Shown piece by piece: positions 44,638 to 53,252 of a stretch of 53,252 nt of DNA. This DNA comes from a virus. Its lineage: Duplodnaviria; Caudoviricetes. The translations under genes were made by a program, and so were the position numbers. The stretch is taken from positions 1 to 53,252 of the IMG/VR virus record IMGVR_UViG_3300020470_000013. The stretch is one strand, 5' to 3'. Position 1 is the stretch's first letter, and each line of letters starts with the position of its first letter. The notes under the pieces were generated by a model. That model ran no database searches and was not told where the DNA came from. It worked only from the letters and a program-made list of their open reading frames with translations.

Positions 44638-47600
44638 TTAAATTCCTAAACTACCCCATCCACCTGGAGGTACTGATACACTAGAACCCGGAGCAGCATT
44701 AGATATACCAAGAACTGTATTTACAGATGTCATCATGCTACTCACCATATTTTTACCTTTATCACCTGCCGCTGATTCATTACCTATTGCAGCAATATAT
44801 AACTGTGATAATCTTGTTGCATCATTTTCATATGATTGTCTTATATAAGCTGCTTCATCACGTAACTGTTGATACATATTAGCTTGTTCTGCGGCTGTCA
44901 TTGCAAATGAATTTTGTACATTAATTCTATTTGCTTCATTTTGTGCCGCAGTATTAGCCATTGATGCATTACGTAAATACGTAAGATATGCTTGTTCAAT
45001 TTGTATTTGATTTTGTGTATTAAACTGATAGCGTTGATCATCTCGTTGTTGATTAAAAATAGCTATTTGTTTTTCCATTTCTGCATCAGCAAGTGCAACT
45101 TGTATATTGTTTCCAGATAATCTAGCATCTCGTTGCTCAACTAACTGTTCATTAAATTGACGCATTTGATTACGTGATTGAGCATTAGTCACATTAATTT
45201 GTTGTGCAAGTTGTGTCATATATTGATTAACTTGATTTTCACTTGCAGCATTAAATTGTAATGAAGCATTTGCAGCTGCTTGGTTTGAAAGCAATAATTG
45301 TTGATCGTTTTGACTACGTAACATACTAGCTTGTTGTTCATTATTTAAACCAGCCATGTCCATTTGTAAAAATGCTTGGGCATTCTGTGCTTGTAATTTA
45401 GTATTAGCATCTAATGTAGCCATATCCATACTTGCAAGAGAAGTTGCATTTTGCATAGCCATTTGTTGTTCTGCATTAAAATCTGCTAATGTAGCCGTCT
45501 GCATAAATTTACTATTTGCTAATTCAACTTGTTGTTTCATATTAAATTTATTTAAATCCATATTTGCAACAGTGGCAGCATTTTGAACAGCACGTTGTTG
45601 ATCTACATTAAGCTGCGCTAGATTCATTTGTTGTGCAATTTGTGCAGAAGTATTATTTACTTGCATTGTTTTATTTAAATTTGCAAGTTCTACCTGTTGT
45701 TCTGCATTTAAATTTTCTGAACTAGCTTGATTTAATGCTGTTAAGTTTGCTAATCTCATTTGTTGTTCATTAGAAAGATTAGCAACTTCCATTTGTTGTT
45801 TAAAACCAGCATTCTTAGCAATAAAATCCGCAGCTACTTGCATTTCTGTTAAACGTTCTTGGTTTTGTGCTGAGATATTTTCACGCTCTGTTGCACTTTC
45901 TAACTGAAGATTGGCTAGTTCAACTTGTTGTTCGTTCCCTAATTCTTGAGCATTAATTGCTTGTTGGTTTTGAGATTGAATAACAGCGGCTTGTTGACGA
46001 TTCTGAAGATTACTAAGTGCAGTTTGTTGTTGTTGTTCAGCAGAAGTCAATGTAGCTTGTTGAGTAAACTGGCTTTGCAATGTTGCCATGCTTTGAGCCA
46101 TTTGAGCCGTCTGTGATTCAGCCGTTTGCTGATTAGAAAGATTAGCCATCCGTACTTGCATATCTGCTGTTACTTCCGCAAGGTTAGCTTGTTGCTCATT
46201 TGAAAGATTTTGTGCTGCTCTAGTTTGTAGTGCTTGTGCATTAGACTGAGCAATCGGCATAGCACTTTGTATAATTGAATTAAATAAAGCATCTCTACCA
46301 ACAGAAGAAACATTTAAACCTCTTTGAGCTAAATTACTTTCAACAAGATCTACAGCTGGTCTAGCCCAAAGGGGTACTTCTCCTTGATCAATACCTGCCA
46401 ATAAGTTTTCCATCTGAGAAGATACTAATGCTTCAGTAGGTAATGCTGCTATTGCCGCTTGTACTTCTACTGGTTGTGTATCTATCTGTGCTTCAACTTC
46501 AGCCGGATCTTCTACAATGGCTGTTGAAATTGCTGAAGGTAAATCACTAACCTGTGCAACCATATTAGCTGCTGCACCTTTAGCAGCTTCACCTTTAAAA
46601 GTTCTTGCTTGAGCAGCTTCATAACCAGCTGTTTTAATAATTTCTGCTGCATCGCCAGTAGCACCTACATCAACATTAGCATCAACCCCACCTACCATAA
46701 TTCTTCTTTGTTTTATTTCTGCATCAGGTGTTGCTGATAAAGTCGTTGTTTGACCTGTAACTGGATCAATCTGAGATCTTAGGTCTTCATCAAAAATAAT
46801 ATCTGCTTGATCTGTTAAAGCTGCTTGTTCTTGCGCTTCATCACGAGAAGCCGCAGTTCCTTGTCCCATATCTGGAGCAAGCCCTGCTTGACGTACATCT
46901 GTAGGACTAATAGCTCCTTGACTTAACGCTTGTTTAGCTGCTCTTACTTCAGGTCTATCCGTAACTATATCACCTTCAAAGGTTGCAAAACCACGATCAG
47001 TAACTTGAGGAGCAAGTGCAGCATTTTGACGCATTGCACCATGCCATAGTCTAGGTTTTATATCAGGAGTTCCAATTCCACGCCCTGCTGTTTGTAAAAT
47101 ATCTAATGCTCCCTGACCTGTAGGAACACCTTTTGTATTTACACCAACAGCTTCCATTCTTTCAGGTAGCTTATACATAGGACGTTGTGCAGGAATTCTA
47201 GGGCCAAAACCTTTATCACCTTCAACACCTTGTATATTTACTGGACGACCTGCACCACCCCATTGTGATTGAGAAGGATCTACTCGTCTTAAACCTGTAG
47301 GACCAAACGGCCCTTGTTGCCAGGAGGGAAGCGTTGTATTTTCTGGATTTTGATTTGGAATATCTAAATTTGGTGTTTCATCAAAAGTACTGCTTGTTCC
47401 CATATATTCATTCCACTTTTCATCAGTACCAGCCCAAGGTGTTAGTTGTGGACTATTACCAAACCTAACATATCTATTCCCAGTATCAGGATCAACTACA
47501 CCTGTCATATTAACTTGCTGACCTAAAACATCAAATGTATGTGTGAATGTATTTGGTTGTTGAGCCGATTGTTGTGCTTGTTCTTTCTCTCTATAACCAC

Positions 47601-48750
47601 CCCAATCATCAATATCCTTTTTTGGCGGTTCTCTTCTTTGTCCTGTTTCTATATTTTGTGGTGGTTGAGGTGCTGGTCTAACACCACCAACATCTATTCC
47701 ACCAACAGGAGGTTTTCCTGAACCATATTCTTGTTCATATAGTTGGTTATATGCTGCCAATACTGGCCCTTCTAAATTTGAAGGATCTTTTGTAAACCAA
47801 GCGTTTTGAAGGTCTACGTTTTGTTGAGGATTTGTTTTGCCCCAAGTACCTTTATAACTAGGTAGTTTATCAATACCACTCATATCTATATATTGTTCAA
47901 GACCACCAAAACCTACATTAGTTTCATCAACTTTAGCTTGTCTATAAGGTGCTTGATAACCATGCGTAGCAGAATCTACTCCAAAGTTTCTAACTGCTTC
48001 ACCTCTTGCCATATTCTGAGCGTTTGAAAGCTGTCCTATTTTTACAGCAATCTCCTGTGCCTTATCATATTCACCTGCTTGTACTAAACGTACTTGTTCT
48101 TGCTCCGCCCTTCTTACTACTTCAGCTTGGTTAGGAGCCATAGTACGTGTTGAGTCAGGCGTTTGATAATGCATTTTTGCTAGGTTTTTATATTGTGCCG
48201 GAATAGGTTGTTTTGCAATAGGTGTTCTAGGTGGTATTCTATCACCTCTGTCAGTTGTTGTTGCCACAGGTGTAGACGTAGACATAGTAGGCGTAGGTTT
48301 TGGACGTAATACCCCACCAGTTTCATCTGGAACTTCAGGTGTTGGTTGTGGTTTTGTAGGTTTAGGCTTTACAGGAGGTGGAGTTTCTAAGACATTTGAA
48401 ACAGTAGATTGAAGAGTAGACTTGACAGGCGGTTTTCTAACTGAAACAGTTGATTGTGTTGGAGGATAAACTTTTTCCTTTGTACCAAAAATTCCAGTAT
48501 CCACTGGTTTAGTTATAGGCGGTTGTACTACAGGTGGTCTAACAGGCGGTTGTACTGGAGCAGTAGGAGTAAAAGTTGGAGGCGTAAAAGTTCCTCTAGT
48601 TCCAGTAAAACCAGGTGTAGGTTTTGTTGTAGTAGTAGGTTTTGGCGTAGGCTTCTTAGCCGCCTGTTTTGCCTGTTCTTGCGCTCGTTTTATTGCCGCA
48701 GCCGACAAACCACCAAACTGTGCTTTTTTTCTGGACTTTTTTCTAGCCAT
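44638..48750 (-). CDS. Very large internal virion protein: Pro/Thr-rich N-terminus and Q/N/A-rich coiled-coil C-terminus
   Basis: 1370 aa; QQxxLANL units at 11/22-residue spacing. Confidence 0.65.
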   Translation of the reverse strand: MARKKSRKKAQFGGLSAAAIKRAQEQAKQAAKKPTPKPTTTTKPTPGFTGTRGTFTPPTFTPTAPVQPPVRPPVVQPPITKPVDTGIFGTKEKVYPPTQSTVSVRKPPVKSTLQSTVSNVLETPPPVKPKPTKPQPTPEVPDETGGVLRPKPTPTMSTSTPVATTTDRGDRIPPRTPIAKQPIPAQYKNLAKMHYQTPDSTRTMAPNQAEVVRRAEQEQVRLVQAGEYDKAQEIAVKIGQLSNAQNMARGEAVRNFGVDSATHGYQAPYRQAKVDETNVGFGGLEQYIDMSGIDKLPSYKGTWGKTNPQQNVDLQNAWFTKDPSNLEGPVLAAYNQLYEQEYGSGKPPVGGIDVGGVRPAPQPPQNIETGQRREPPKKDIDDWGGYREKEQAQQSAQQPNTFTHTFDVLGQQVNMTGVVDPDTGNRYVRFGNSPQLTPWAGTDEKWNEYMGTSSTFDETPNLDIPNQNPENTTLPSWQQGPFGPTGLRRVDPSQSQWGGAGRPVNIQGVEGDKGFGPRIPAQRPMYKLPERMEAVGVNTKGVPTGQGALDILQTAGRGIGTPDIKPRLWHGAMRQNAALAPQVTDRGFATFEGDIVTDRPEVRAAKQALSQGAISPTDVRQAGLAPDMGQGTAASRDEAQEQAALTDQADIIFDEDLRSQIDPVTGQTTTLSATPDAEIKQRRIMVGGVDANVDVGATGDAAEIIKTAGYEAAQARTFKGEAAKGAAANMVAQVSDLPSAISTAIVEDPAEVEAQIDTQPVEVQAAIAALPTEALVSSQMENLLAGIDQGEVPLWARPAVDLVESNLAQRGLNVSSVGRDALFNSIIQSAMPIAQSNAQALQTRAAQNLSNEQQANLAEVTADMQVRMANLSNQQTAESQTAQMAQSMATLQSQFTQQATLTSAEQQQQTALSNLQNRQQAAVIQSQNQQAINAQELGNEQQVELANLQLESATERENISAQNQERLTEMQVAADFIAKNAGFKQQMEVANLSNEQQMRLANLTALNQASSENLNAEQQVELANLNKTMQVNNTSAQIAQQMNLAQLNVDQQRAVQNAATVANMDLNKFNMKQQVELANSKFMQTATLADFNAEQQMAMQNATSLASMDMATLDANTKLQAQNAQAFLQMDMAGLNNEQQASMLRSQNDQQLLLSNQAAANASLQFNAASENQVNQYMTQLAQQINVTNAQSRNQMRQFNEQLVEQRDARLSGNNIQVALADAEMEKQIAIFNQQRDDQRYQFNTQNQIQIEQAYLTYLRNASMANTAAQNEANRINVQNSFAMTAAEQANMYQQLRDEAAYIRQSYENDATRLSQLYIAAIGNESAAGDKGKNMVSSMMTSVNTVLGISNAAPGSSVSVPPGGWGSLGI

Positions 48751-48761
48751 TTATATTCCCT

Positions 48762-49130
48762 CTAATACGACCAAATAGCAGGAGATGGATAATCCTCTGC
48801 CATATCTAAATGAATAAATCTTCCTGTTCCTTTTTGATTTACACCTATACGATGTATACCATGCTCTAATGCTTTTTTTATTACTGTTAAAGCTTTAGCT
48901 CCGCTAACTCCTATATCAATTGCCTTGCCTGTTGTATGTGCGCCTGGCCCTTTAGATTTCATTAATTCTATTGGGTGTTCTTCACATCTATATCCTGATG
49001 TTACAGGAAATGGAAAGTCACAATCTTCTCGTAAAGAATTTAAAATTTTTAAAAAATCTTTATCGAACTTTTCTTTACCACAATGTTGGCAAGATAGTTC
49101 ATCTGCTGTAAAATAATTTTTTAAGACCAT
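48762..49130 (-). CDS. Peptidase M15 endolysin
   Basis: YFT..EL.C..CG, VTSGYRC..H, AHTTGKAID, FIHLD zinc-peptidase motifs. Confidence 0.88.
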   Translation of the reverse strand: MVLKNYFTADELSCQHCGKEKFDKDFLKILNSLREDCDFPFPVTSGYRCEEHPIELMKSKGPGAHTTGKAIDIGVSGAKALTVIKKALEHGIHRIGVNQKGTGRFIHLDMAEDYPSPAIWSY

Positions 49131-49408
49131 TTTACTTTATTTGACCAATATCTTGCTGATAACCTTGATGGATTAGGATCTTGAGCATTATGTCTAGCAA
49201 AGTAAGCTTTTTTTCTTGCTTTGTCTTTTGCAGTTTTAGGATTTTTTCCTGCACCTTGAACACCTTGTTGTCCAAAACGAATTGTTTTAATTTCATCTCC
49301 AACTTTAGCTACAACTACATGAGATTTTGTAGGATGTTTCGGTGTACGCTTTGGTTGATTATAACCTGATACTCCTGCTCTTTTTAATCTAGAATCTTTT
49401 GTAGTCAT
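49121..49408 (-). CDS. Conserved small basic phage protein
   Basis: KSHVV.AK.G...KTIRFGQQG...YFARH...SARYWS pattern. Confidence 0.7.
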   Translation of the reverse strand: MTTKDSRLKRAGVSGYNQPKRTPKHPTKSHVVVAKVGDEIKTIRFGQQGVQGAGKNPKTAKDKARKKAYFARHNAQDPNPSRLSARYWSNKVKWS

Positions 49409-49605
49409 TCCTGTTTCCCCTTACCTAAAAACAAACCAAACACGGCTGTCATCGCTCCAGTACATACAGAAACTAAACCAGCCTGTTCAATTGTTGGAGC
49501 TTCTAAAGTTGTGAACCAATGTATAACATCCCAACAAGCTAGAGCCATCATTAATACTAATAGTCGTGGTACTATACGCCACTTGTCAAATTCTTCAGGA
49601 CTCAT
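49405..49605 (-). CDS. Holin-like 2-TM protein
   Basis: DKWRIVPR, two hydrophobic helices, next to endolysin. Confidence 0.6.
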   Translation of the reverse strand: MSPEEFDKWRIVPRLLVLMMALACWDVIHWFTTLEAPTIEQAGLVSVCTGAMTAVFGLFLGKGKQE

Positions 49606-49979
49606 TTTCGCATCTTCATTAATTTGTCTGCACCTCTAATACCAAATGACGCACTGACCGCAATAAAAAGAAGGTACGAATACCATTCAGGGAGGTTAGA
49701 TAAAGCATCAAACGATGCATGAACTCTATCTAATACAGCAGGGTCATTAAACGCAACTGCATAACCTACCATAAAAATGGGAACGGCTAACACAATTGTC
49801 CAAAATTCGTCTTTCCAGCTAGACCCTGATGCGGCAGCCATCTTAGCTTCCCAATCTGCATCGTTCTGAATTATTTGCATTTGAGCTTGATGCTTGGCTT
49901 GTCCTTGCTCATGTTTATTTTTCATCCATGTTCCAGCAAGATTTGCTACTGGCCCTACAATTGCGCTAAATATATTCAT
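49602..49979 (-). CDS. Holin (3TM/GTA-holin-like)
   Basis: SWKDEFWT...LPEWY....ASFGIR pattern. Confidence 0.7.
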   Translation of the reverse strand: MNIFSAIVGPVANLAGTWMKNKHEQGQAKHQAQMQIIQNDADWEAKMAAASGSSWKDEFWTIVLAVPIFMVGYAVAFNDPAVLDRVHASFDALSNLPEWYSYLLFIAVSASFGIRGADKLMKMRK

Positions 49980-49994
49980 ATATAATTCCTTAAA

Positions 49995-50318
49995 TTAAAC
50001 CGTAAAGCTTTCACCACAACCACATTTAGCAGAAACATTTGGATTGTGAAATTCTAGTCCAGTGTTTAAACCTTCTCTTACAAAATCTAATTCAGAACCA
50101 TCTAAATAAGCTAAACTTTTAGGATCAACAAACATTTTTACTCCACTATCTTCAAAAACTAAATCCTCTGGAGATACTTGATCTACAAATTCAAGAATAT
50201 AACTTAGTCCTGTACAACCTGAAGGCTTAACACCAACACGAATTCCTAATCCATGTCCACGTTCAGTTATTTGATCATTAACATAATAAGCTGCTTTATC
50301 TGTTATATTTATTGCCAT
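49995..50318 (-). CDS. iscA: Fe-S cluster A-type carrier IscA
   Basis: [29 protein letters not shown]...CGCGESF; all three Cys present. Confidence 0.95.
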   Translation of the reverse strand: MAINITDKAAYYVNDQITERGHGLGIRVGVKPSGCTGLSYILEFVDQVSPEDLVFEDSGVKMFVDPKSLAYLDGSELDFVREGLNTGLEFHNPNVSAKCGCGESFTV

Positions 50319-50323
50319 TAAGT

Positions 50324-50707
50324 TTATTCTCTTTGTTTTTCTTTAAAATCTTCTATTGCTGCTTTTATTGCATCTTCAGCTAAAACTGAACAATGTATTT
50401 TTACTGGTGGTAAAGCAAGTTCCTTGGCGATGTCTGTATTTTTAATTTTAATTGCGTCATCCAAAGACCTCCTTTTAACCCATTCTGTGAGAAGACTAGA
50501 ACTAGCAATAGCAGAACCACAACCATATGTCTTAAACTTTGCATCTTCAATAATTCCATCACTATCTATTTGTATCTGTAGTTGCATTACATCTCCACAA
50601 GCAGGTGCGCCAACCATTCCTGTTCCAACCTTCTTGCTGTTTTTATCTAACCGTCCTACATTTCTAGGATTATTATAATGATCCATTACTTGTTCACTAT
50701 ATGCCAT
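50324..50707 (-). CDS. iscU: Fe-S cluster scaffold IscU
   Basis: Start 50707 [49 protein letters not shown] (HscA-binding LPPVK). Confidence 0.97.
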   Translation of the reverse strand: MAYSEQVMDHYNNPRNVGRLDKNSKKVGTGMVGAPACGDVMQLQIQIDSDGIIEDAKFKTYGCGSAIASSSLLTEWVKRRSLDDAIKIKNTDIAKELALPPVKIHCSVLAEDAIKAAIEDFKEKQRE

Positions 50708-50708
50708 A

Positions 50709-50894
50709 TTAATCCCTAAATGTTGTTGTCTGTGCAACCAATACAGGTTTGCAATATCCAGTTACTTTAGCTTCGTTATCTTCTATTCTATCTGCAAAAT
50801 ATCGACATCTATTTATATCTCTAAAATGCATACCGTTAGTTTTTATTTCTTCTCCTTCTATAATTACTACTAGAAGAAATGCCATTATTCTCAT
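50709..50894 (-). CDS. Small protein with F.....C...A / .YC.P pattern
   Basis: 61 aa ORF, co-oriented. Confidence 0.6.
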   Translation of the reverse strand: MRIMAFLLVVIIEGEEIKTNGMHFRDINRCRYFADRIEDNEAKVTGYCKPVLVAQTTTFRD

Positions 50895-51004
50895 TTGTAA
50901 ACTAATAAAGCTAATAAATAAATAACTACTGCTAATTCAATTGCTAGTATTGTATGATATACTGTCCAGATTATTGGATACTGTTTTGCATCTTTTAACT
51001 TCAT
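50891..51004 (-). CDS. 37-aa membrane peptide
   Basis: MKLKDAKQYPIIWTVYHTILAIELAVVIYLLALLVYK*; ATGA overlaps on both sides. Confidence 0.55.
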   Translation of the reverse strand: MKLKDAKQYPIIWTVYHTILAIELAVVIYLLALLVYK

Positions 51005-51474
51005 CGTGTATAGTTCATTAATAATTCATAAAATCCATAACACAATCCTAAACATATACCAATACCAATTATACTAAATATACCATCTAAATACATTCTT
51101 CTTCTTCTTCTTTGCCTATAAACTAATCTTTCTCTTTTAGCTTTAATATCTTTACGCATTTGTATCATTTCACGATACGTTTCAATTCCATATACAACTA
51201 CAATTAAATCTCTTATATCTTTTTCTTGTTGCTCTATTTTCTTTTTAACGATAATAGCGTTTAAAGCCTCCTGTTCTACTGATCCTGTATCTAAAATCTT
51301 TCTAAATAGTGGAGGATTTTCACTTGCTTTTTGTGCTTCTTTTATGTCAGCGGCATAACCATACCAGCGACCTAAATGCTGTGCAACATCTTCAATTTCC
51401 CTACCAGCTTGTACAAGTTTTTGAACGCCCTTGAAAGCCGTTGTCGCCATCGACAATAGAGCAAGCGGTTCCAT
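51001..51474 (-). CDS. Membrane-anchored coiled-coil protein
   Basis: 157 aa with C-terminal TM after a poly-Arg stretch. Confidence 0.65.
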   Translation of the reverse strand: MEPLALLSMATTAFKGVQKLVQAGREIEDVAQHLGRWYGYAADIKEAQKASENPPLFRKILDTGSVEQEALNAIIVKKKIEQQEKDIRDLIVVVYGIETYREMIQMRKDIKAKRERLVYRQRRRRRMYLDGIFSIIGIGICLGLCYGFYELLMNYTR

Positions 51475-51738
51475 TTATTTTCCCATATATAATATAAAAG
51501 ATATTATAGCTGTTAGTAAAATCCATCCGAATCTTTCGGTATTTTTTATAAAATTTCCTTGTAAACTTACAGATTCTTTTAAGGCTTCTAAATCATCTTC
51601 TTGTTCATCGGCACGAAACTCTAATCTATCTATTCTACTTGTTGATGATTCAAGGCGTTCTTCAATACGTGCGCCCATAATAGCTACATTATCTAGCTTC
51701 TTTTCAATCCTATCCAATCGTGTTTCGTCCATATCCAT
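51475..51738 (-). CDS. Coiled-coil protein with C-terminal TM (XhlA-like)
   Basis: RLDRIEKKLD...ARIEER, C-terminal hydrophobic helix. Confidence 0.6.
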   Translation of the reverse strand: MDMDETRLDRIEKKLDNVAIMGARIEERLESSTSRIDRLEFRADEQEDDLEALKESVSLQGNFIKNTERFGWILLTAIISFILYMGK

Positions 51739-51744
51739 AAACTA

Positions 51745-52524
51745 TTATTGAGGGCAAACAGGTAATTCTGTATTTACACCACCAACACCTATTACTCCAG
51801 ATGTTTGGTTATTTACACAGTTAACACCAGCAACCCATACAGTGTTAGCATCTTCTATTTTATTAAGTATATTATCTAACTGTGCATCATAGTTAGGAAT
51901 TGAAATACCACCAATTGCATCAAGAATACTTTGAAAATTACTAGTGTAATTAGGAAACTGTAAGTTGTCTAAAGCGTCTAGTACAGTAGATGAATTTCCT
52001 CCAGAACCACCATTAATACTTGCTAATCCTAATCCAAGTCCTAGATCTACTGCTTGTTGACCAGATACATTAATTGCATCATAAGAACCTAAACCAAGGT
52101 TCAACATGTTATCGCTGTTATTACCTAACATGTTATATAAAGCTGTAGTTTTTTGACCGTCTTGTTGAATCCTGGCAAGGTTAGATTGCATTGCATAACG
52201 TGCCGTAGACTTCTGTGCATCTGAACTTATCCACATGCTTCCAAGACTTCCGGCAACTGGTAGTACCGCTTTAGTCCATTCAAGAGCTACTGATTGTTGA
52301 GGTATTACTTGTGTATTAGGACTTTGCATAAGTGCTAACGCCATAACTGCTGAACCTGCTGCGCTATTATCGCCTGATGCAGCTATCTTTGACAATGCAT
52401 CTGCTTTAGCCTGTTGTGCTTGAGCTTGAGCAATCGCTACGTTTTCTACAGCTTGGTAATATTCCATACCTGCTGTCTGACAACCTGCTAAAAATATTGA
52501 TAACACTAATGCTAAAATCTTCAT
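51745..52524 (-). CDS. Lipoprotein
   Basis: MKILALVLSIFLAG/C lipobox; Ala/Gln-rich helical body. Confidence 0.7.
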   Translation of the reverse strand: MKILALVLSIFLAGCQTAGMEYYQAVENVAIAQAQAQQAKADALSKIAASGDNSAAGSAVMALALMQSPNTQVIPQQSVALEWTKAVLPVAGSLGSMWISSDAQKSTARYAMQSNLARIQQDGQKTTALYNMLGNNSDNMLNLGLGSYDAINVSGQQAVDLGLGLGLASINGGSGGNSSTVLDALDNLQFPNYTSNFQSILDAIGGISIPNYDAQLDNILNKIEDANTVWVAGVNCVNNQTSGVIGVGGVNTELPVCPQ

Positions 52525-52528
52525 AATC

Positions 52529-53134
52529 TTAATCCTCTTTAGGCCAATCTTGTCCTGCCATTACTGTTGCCAATGCATCTACATCTGCTGCATTAGCTAT
52601 TGCTGTTTCTAGTCTTGCACATTCTGTTATTACTGCTGCACGATAGGTAGCTGTTGCGCTTGGTATTGCTACATCACGTTCGTATTTTCTAATAACCATC
52701 CAATCTGTTTTAGCTAATAGTTTGTTTGCTGTGTCTTTAACTTGAGCAGTCATAGGTGTTTTTAAACCTTGGTTGATTAATTTCTCACTACTATCAACCA
52801 TCTTGCCTTTGTCTTTTCCAGCACCATTGTCGTAGTCAGCATCCCAGACCTGAACGTATAGCTGATTACCGTCAGCATCTTTAGCGTCTTCATCATTTAG
52901 GCGTTTAGCAGTATTCGTATACTGTTGCGTAGGAACACCATCTACTAATTCAATATCACCTTCTGTTACAAAATAATATTGTCTATCTTTTTGTTCACCC
53001 TGCACAATATCCATTACACCTTCAGCAGTTTTAAAGTCTGCATTGGCTACACCACCTGCAAAAGAAGTATTAGGGAATAATTGTTTTATGTTTCCTGTTG
53101 CGGTAATAGAACCGTCTTTTACTATTGCATACAT
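52529..53134 (-). CDS. Tail-fibre-associated protein, copy 2
   Basis: 201 aa; LLAKTDWMVIR...YRAAV tail-assembly-like C-terminus. Confidence 0.7.
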   Translation of the reverse strand: MYAIVKDGSITATGNIKQLFPNTSFAGGVANADFKTAEGVMDIVQGEQKDRQYYFVTEGDIELVDGVPTQQYTNTAKRLNDEDAKDADGNQLYVQVWDADYDNGAGKDKGKMVDSSEKLINQGLKTPMTAQVKDTANKLLAKTDWMVIRKYERDVAIPSATATYRAAVITECARLETAIANAADVDALATVMAGQDWPKED

Positions 53135-53137
53135 GTG

Positions 53138-53252
53138 TTACCTCGCTCTTGCATATTGAAATGGTGATTCAGCCCATGCCATATATAACATTTTTTCCGT
53201 ATTTTGGTTTGTAGCAGCAGAATTGCCACGTATTTTAAATCCATTAGAAAGA
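53138..53252 (-). CDS. 3' end of a second tail fibre/RBP paralogue (truncated by window edge)
   Basis: ...LSNGFKIRGNSAATNQNTEKMLYMAWAESPFQYARAR* parallels the C-terminus of 498..3020 (LSNGFKIR...FYMAFAEFPFKYANAR). Confidence 0.75.
   Translation of the reverse strand, partial: LSNGFKIRGNSAATNQNTEKMLYMAWAESPFQYARAR

Noticed and set aside
553-51751. Numerous 60-115 aa antisense or alternate-frame ORFs in the track (e.g. 553..858, 3544..3792, 14680..15024, 31914..32252, 51431..51751)
   Set aside because: They lie within well-supported genes, lack SD sites and look like codon-bias shadows
1-53252. Direct terminal repeat or simple circular overlap between window ends
   Set aside because: The end copies differ by many substitutions and a 24-bp indel and follow different upstream genes, so they are paralogues or alleles, not an exact overlap
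52617-53252. Diversity-generating retroelement (TR/VR pair) at the tail cassette
   Set aside because: No reverse transcriptase in the window; differences between copies are not adenine-specific and both copies are coding

Overview
The window is an AT-rich, apparently near-complete and circularly permuted genome of a lytic podovirus-type tailed phage. It has T7-like replication genes but no phage RNA polymerase and no integrase. Two gene arms diverge from a hairpin-rich non-coding region at ~16.8-17.4 kb. The + arm (17.4-33.6 kb) holds small early genes, a C5 DNA methyltransferase, an HhH glycosylase-like gene, DUF932, DUF3310, SleB hydrolase, HD protein, SSB, primase-helicase, DNA polymerase A, three nucleases and a class II (B12) ribonucleotide reductase. 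The - arm runs terminase > portal > scaffold > capsid > tail adaptor/nozzle > tail fibres (16.8 kb to 1). It continues from the right end (53.2 kb to 33.6 kb) with a second tail-fibre cassette, iscU-iscA, lysis genes and very large internal virion proteins. The IscU/IscA sequences suggest a proteobacterial, probably gammaproteobacterial, host (inference). The most notable unexplained signals are: (i) four long perfect hairpins sharing a CCTT(C)-G(G)TTT..T-GAAGG apex, each just upstream of an early gene, plus a dense hairpin cluster at the arm junction; (ii) a three-fold repeated structured RNA motif in the scaffold leader; (iii) a shared R-x-x-(Y/M/A)-x-x-G-G-x-(V/I/L) peptide motif in five late proteins; (iv) an ADP-ribosyltransferase-like plus LysM ejection protein; and (v) a long amide-rich 11-residue-periodic coiled coil. 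All assignments come from motif recognition by eye, and no database search was run.
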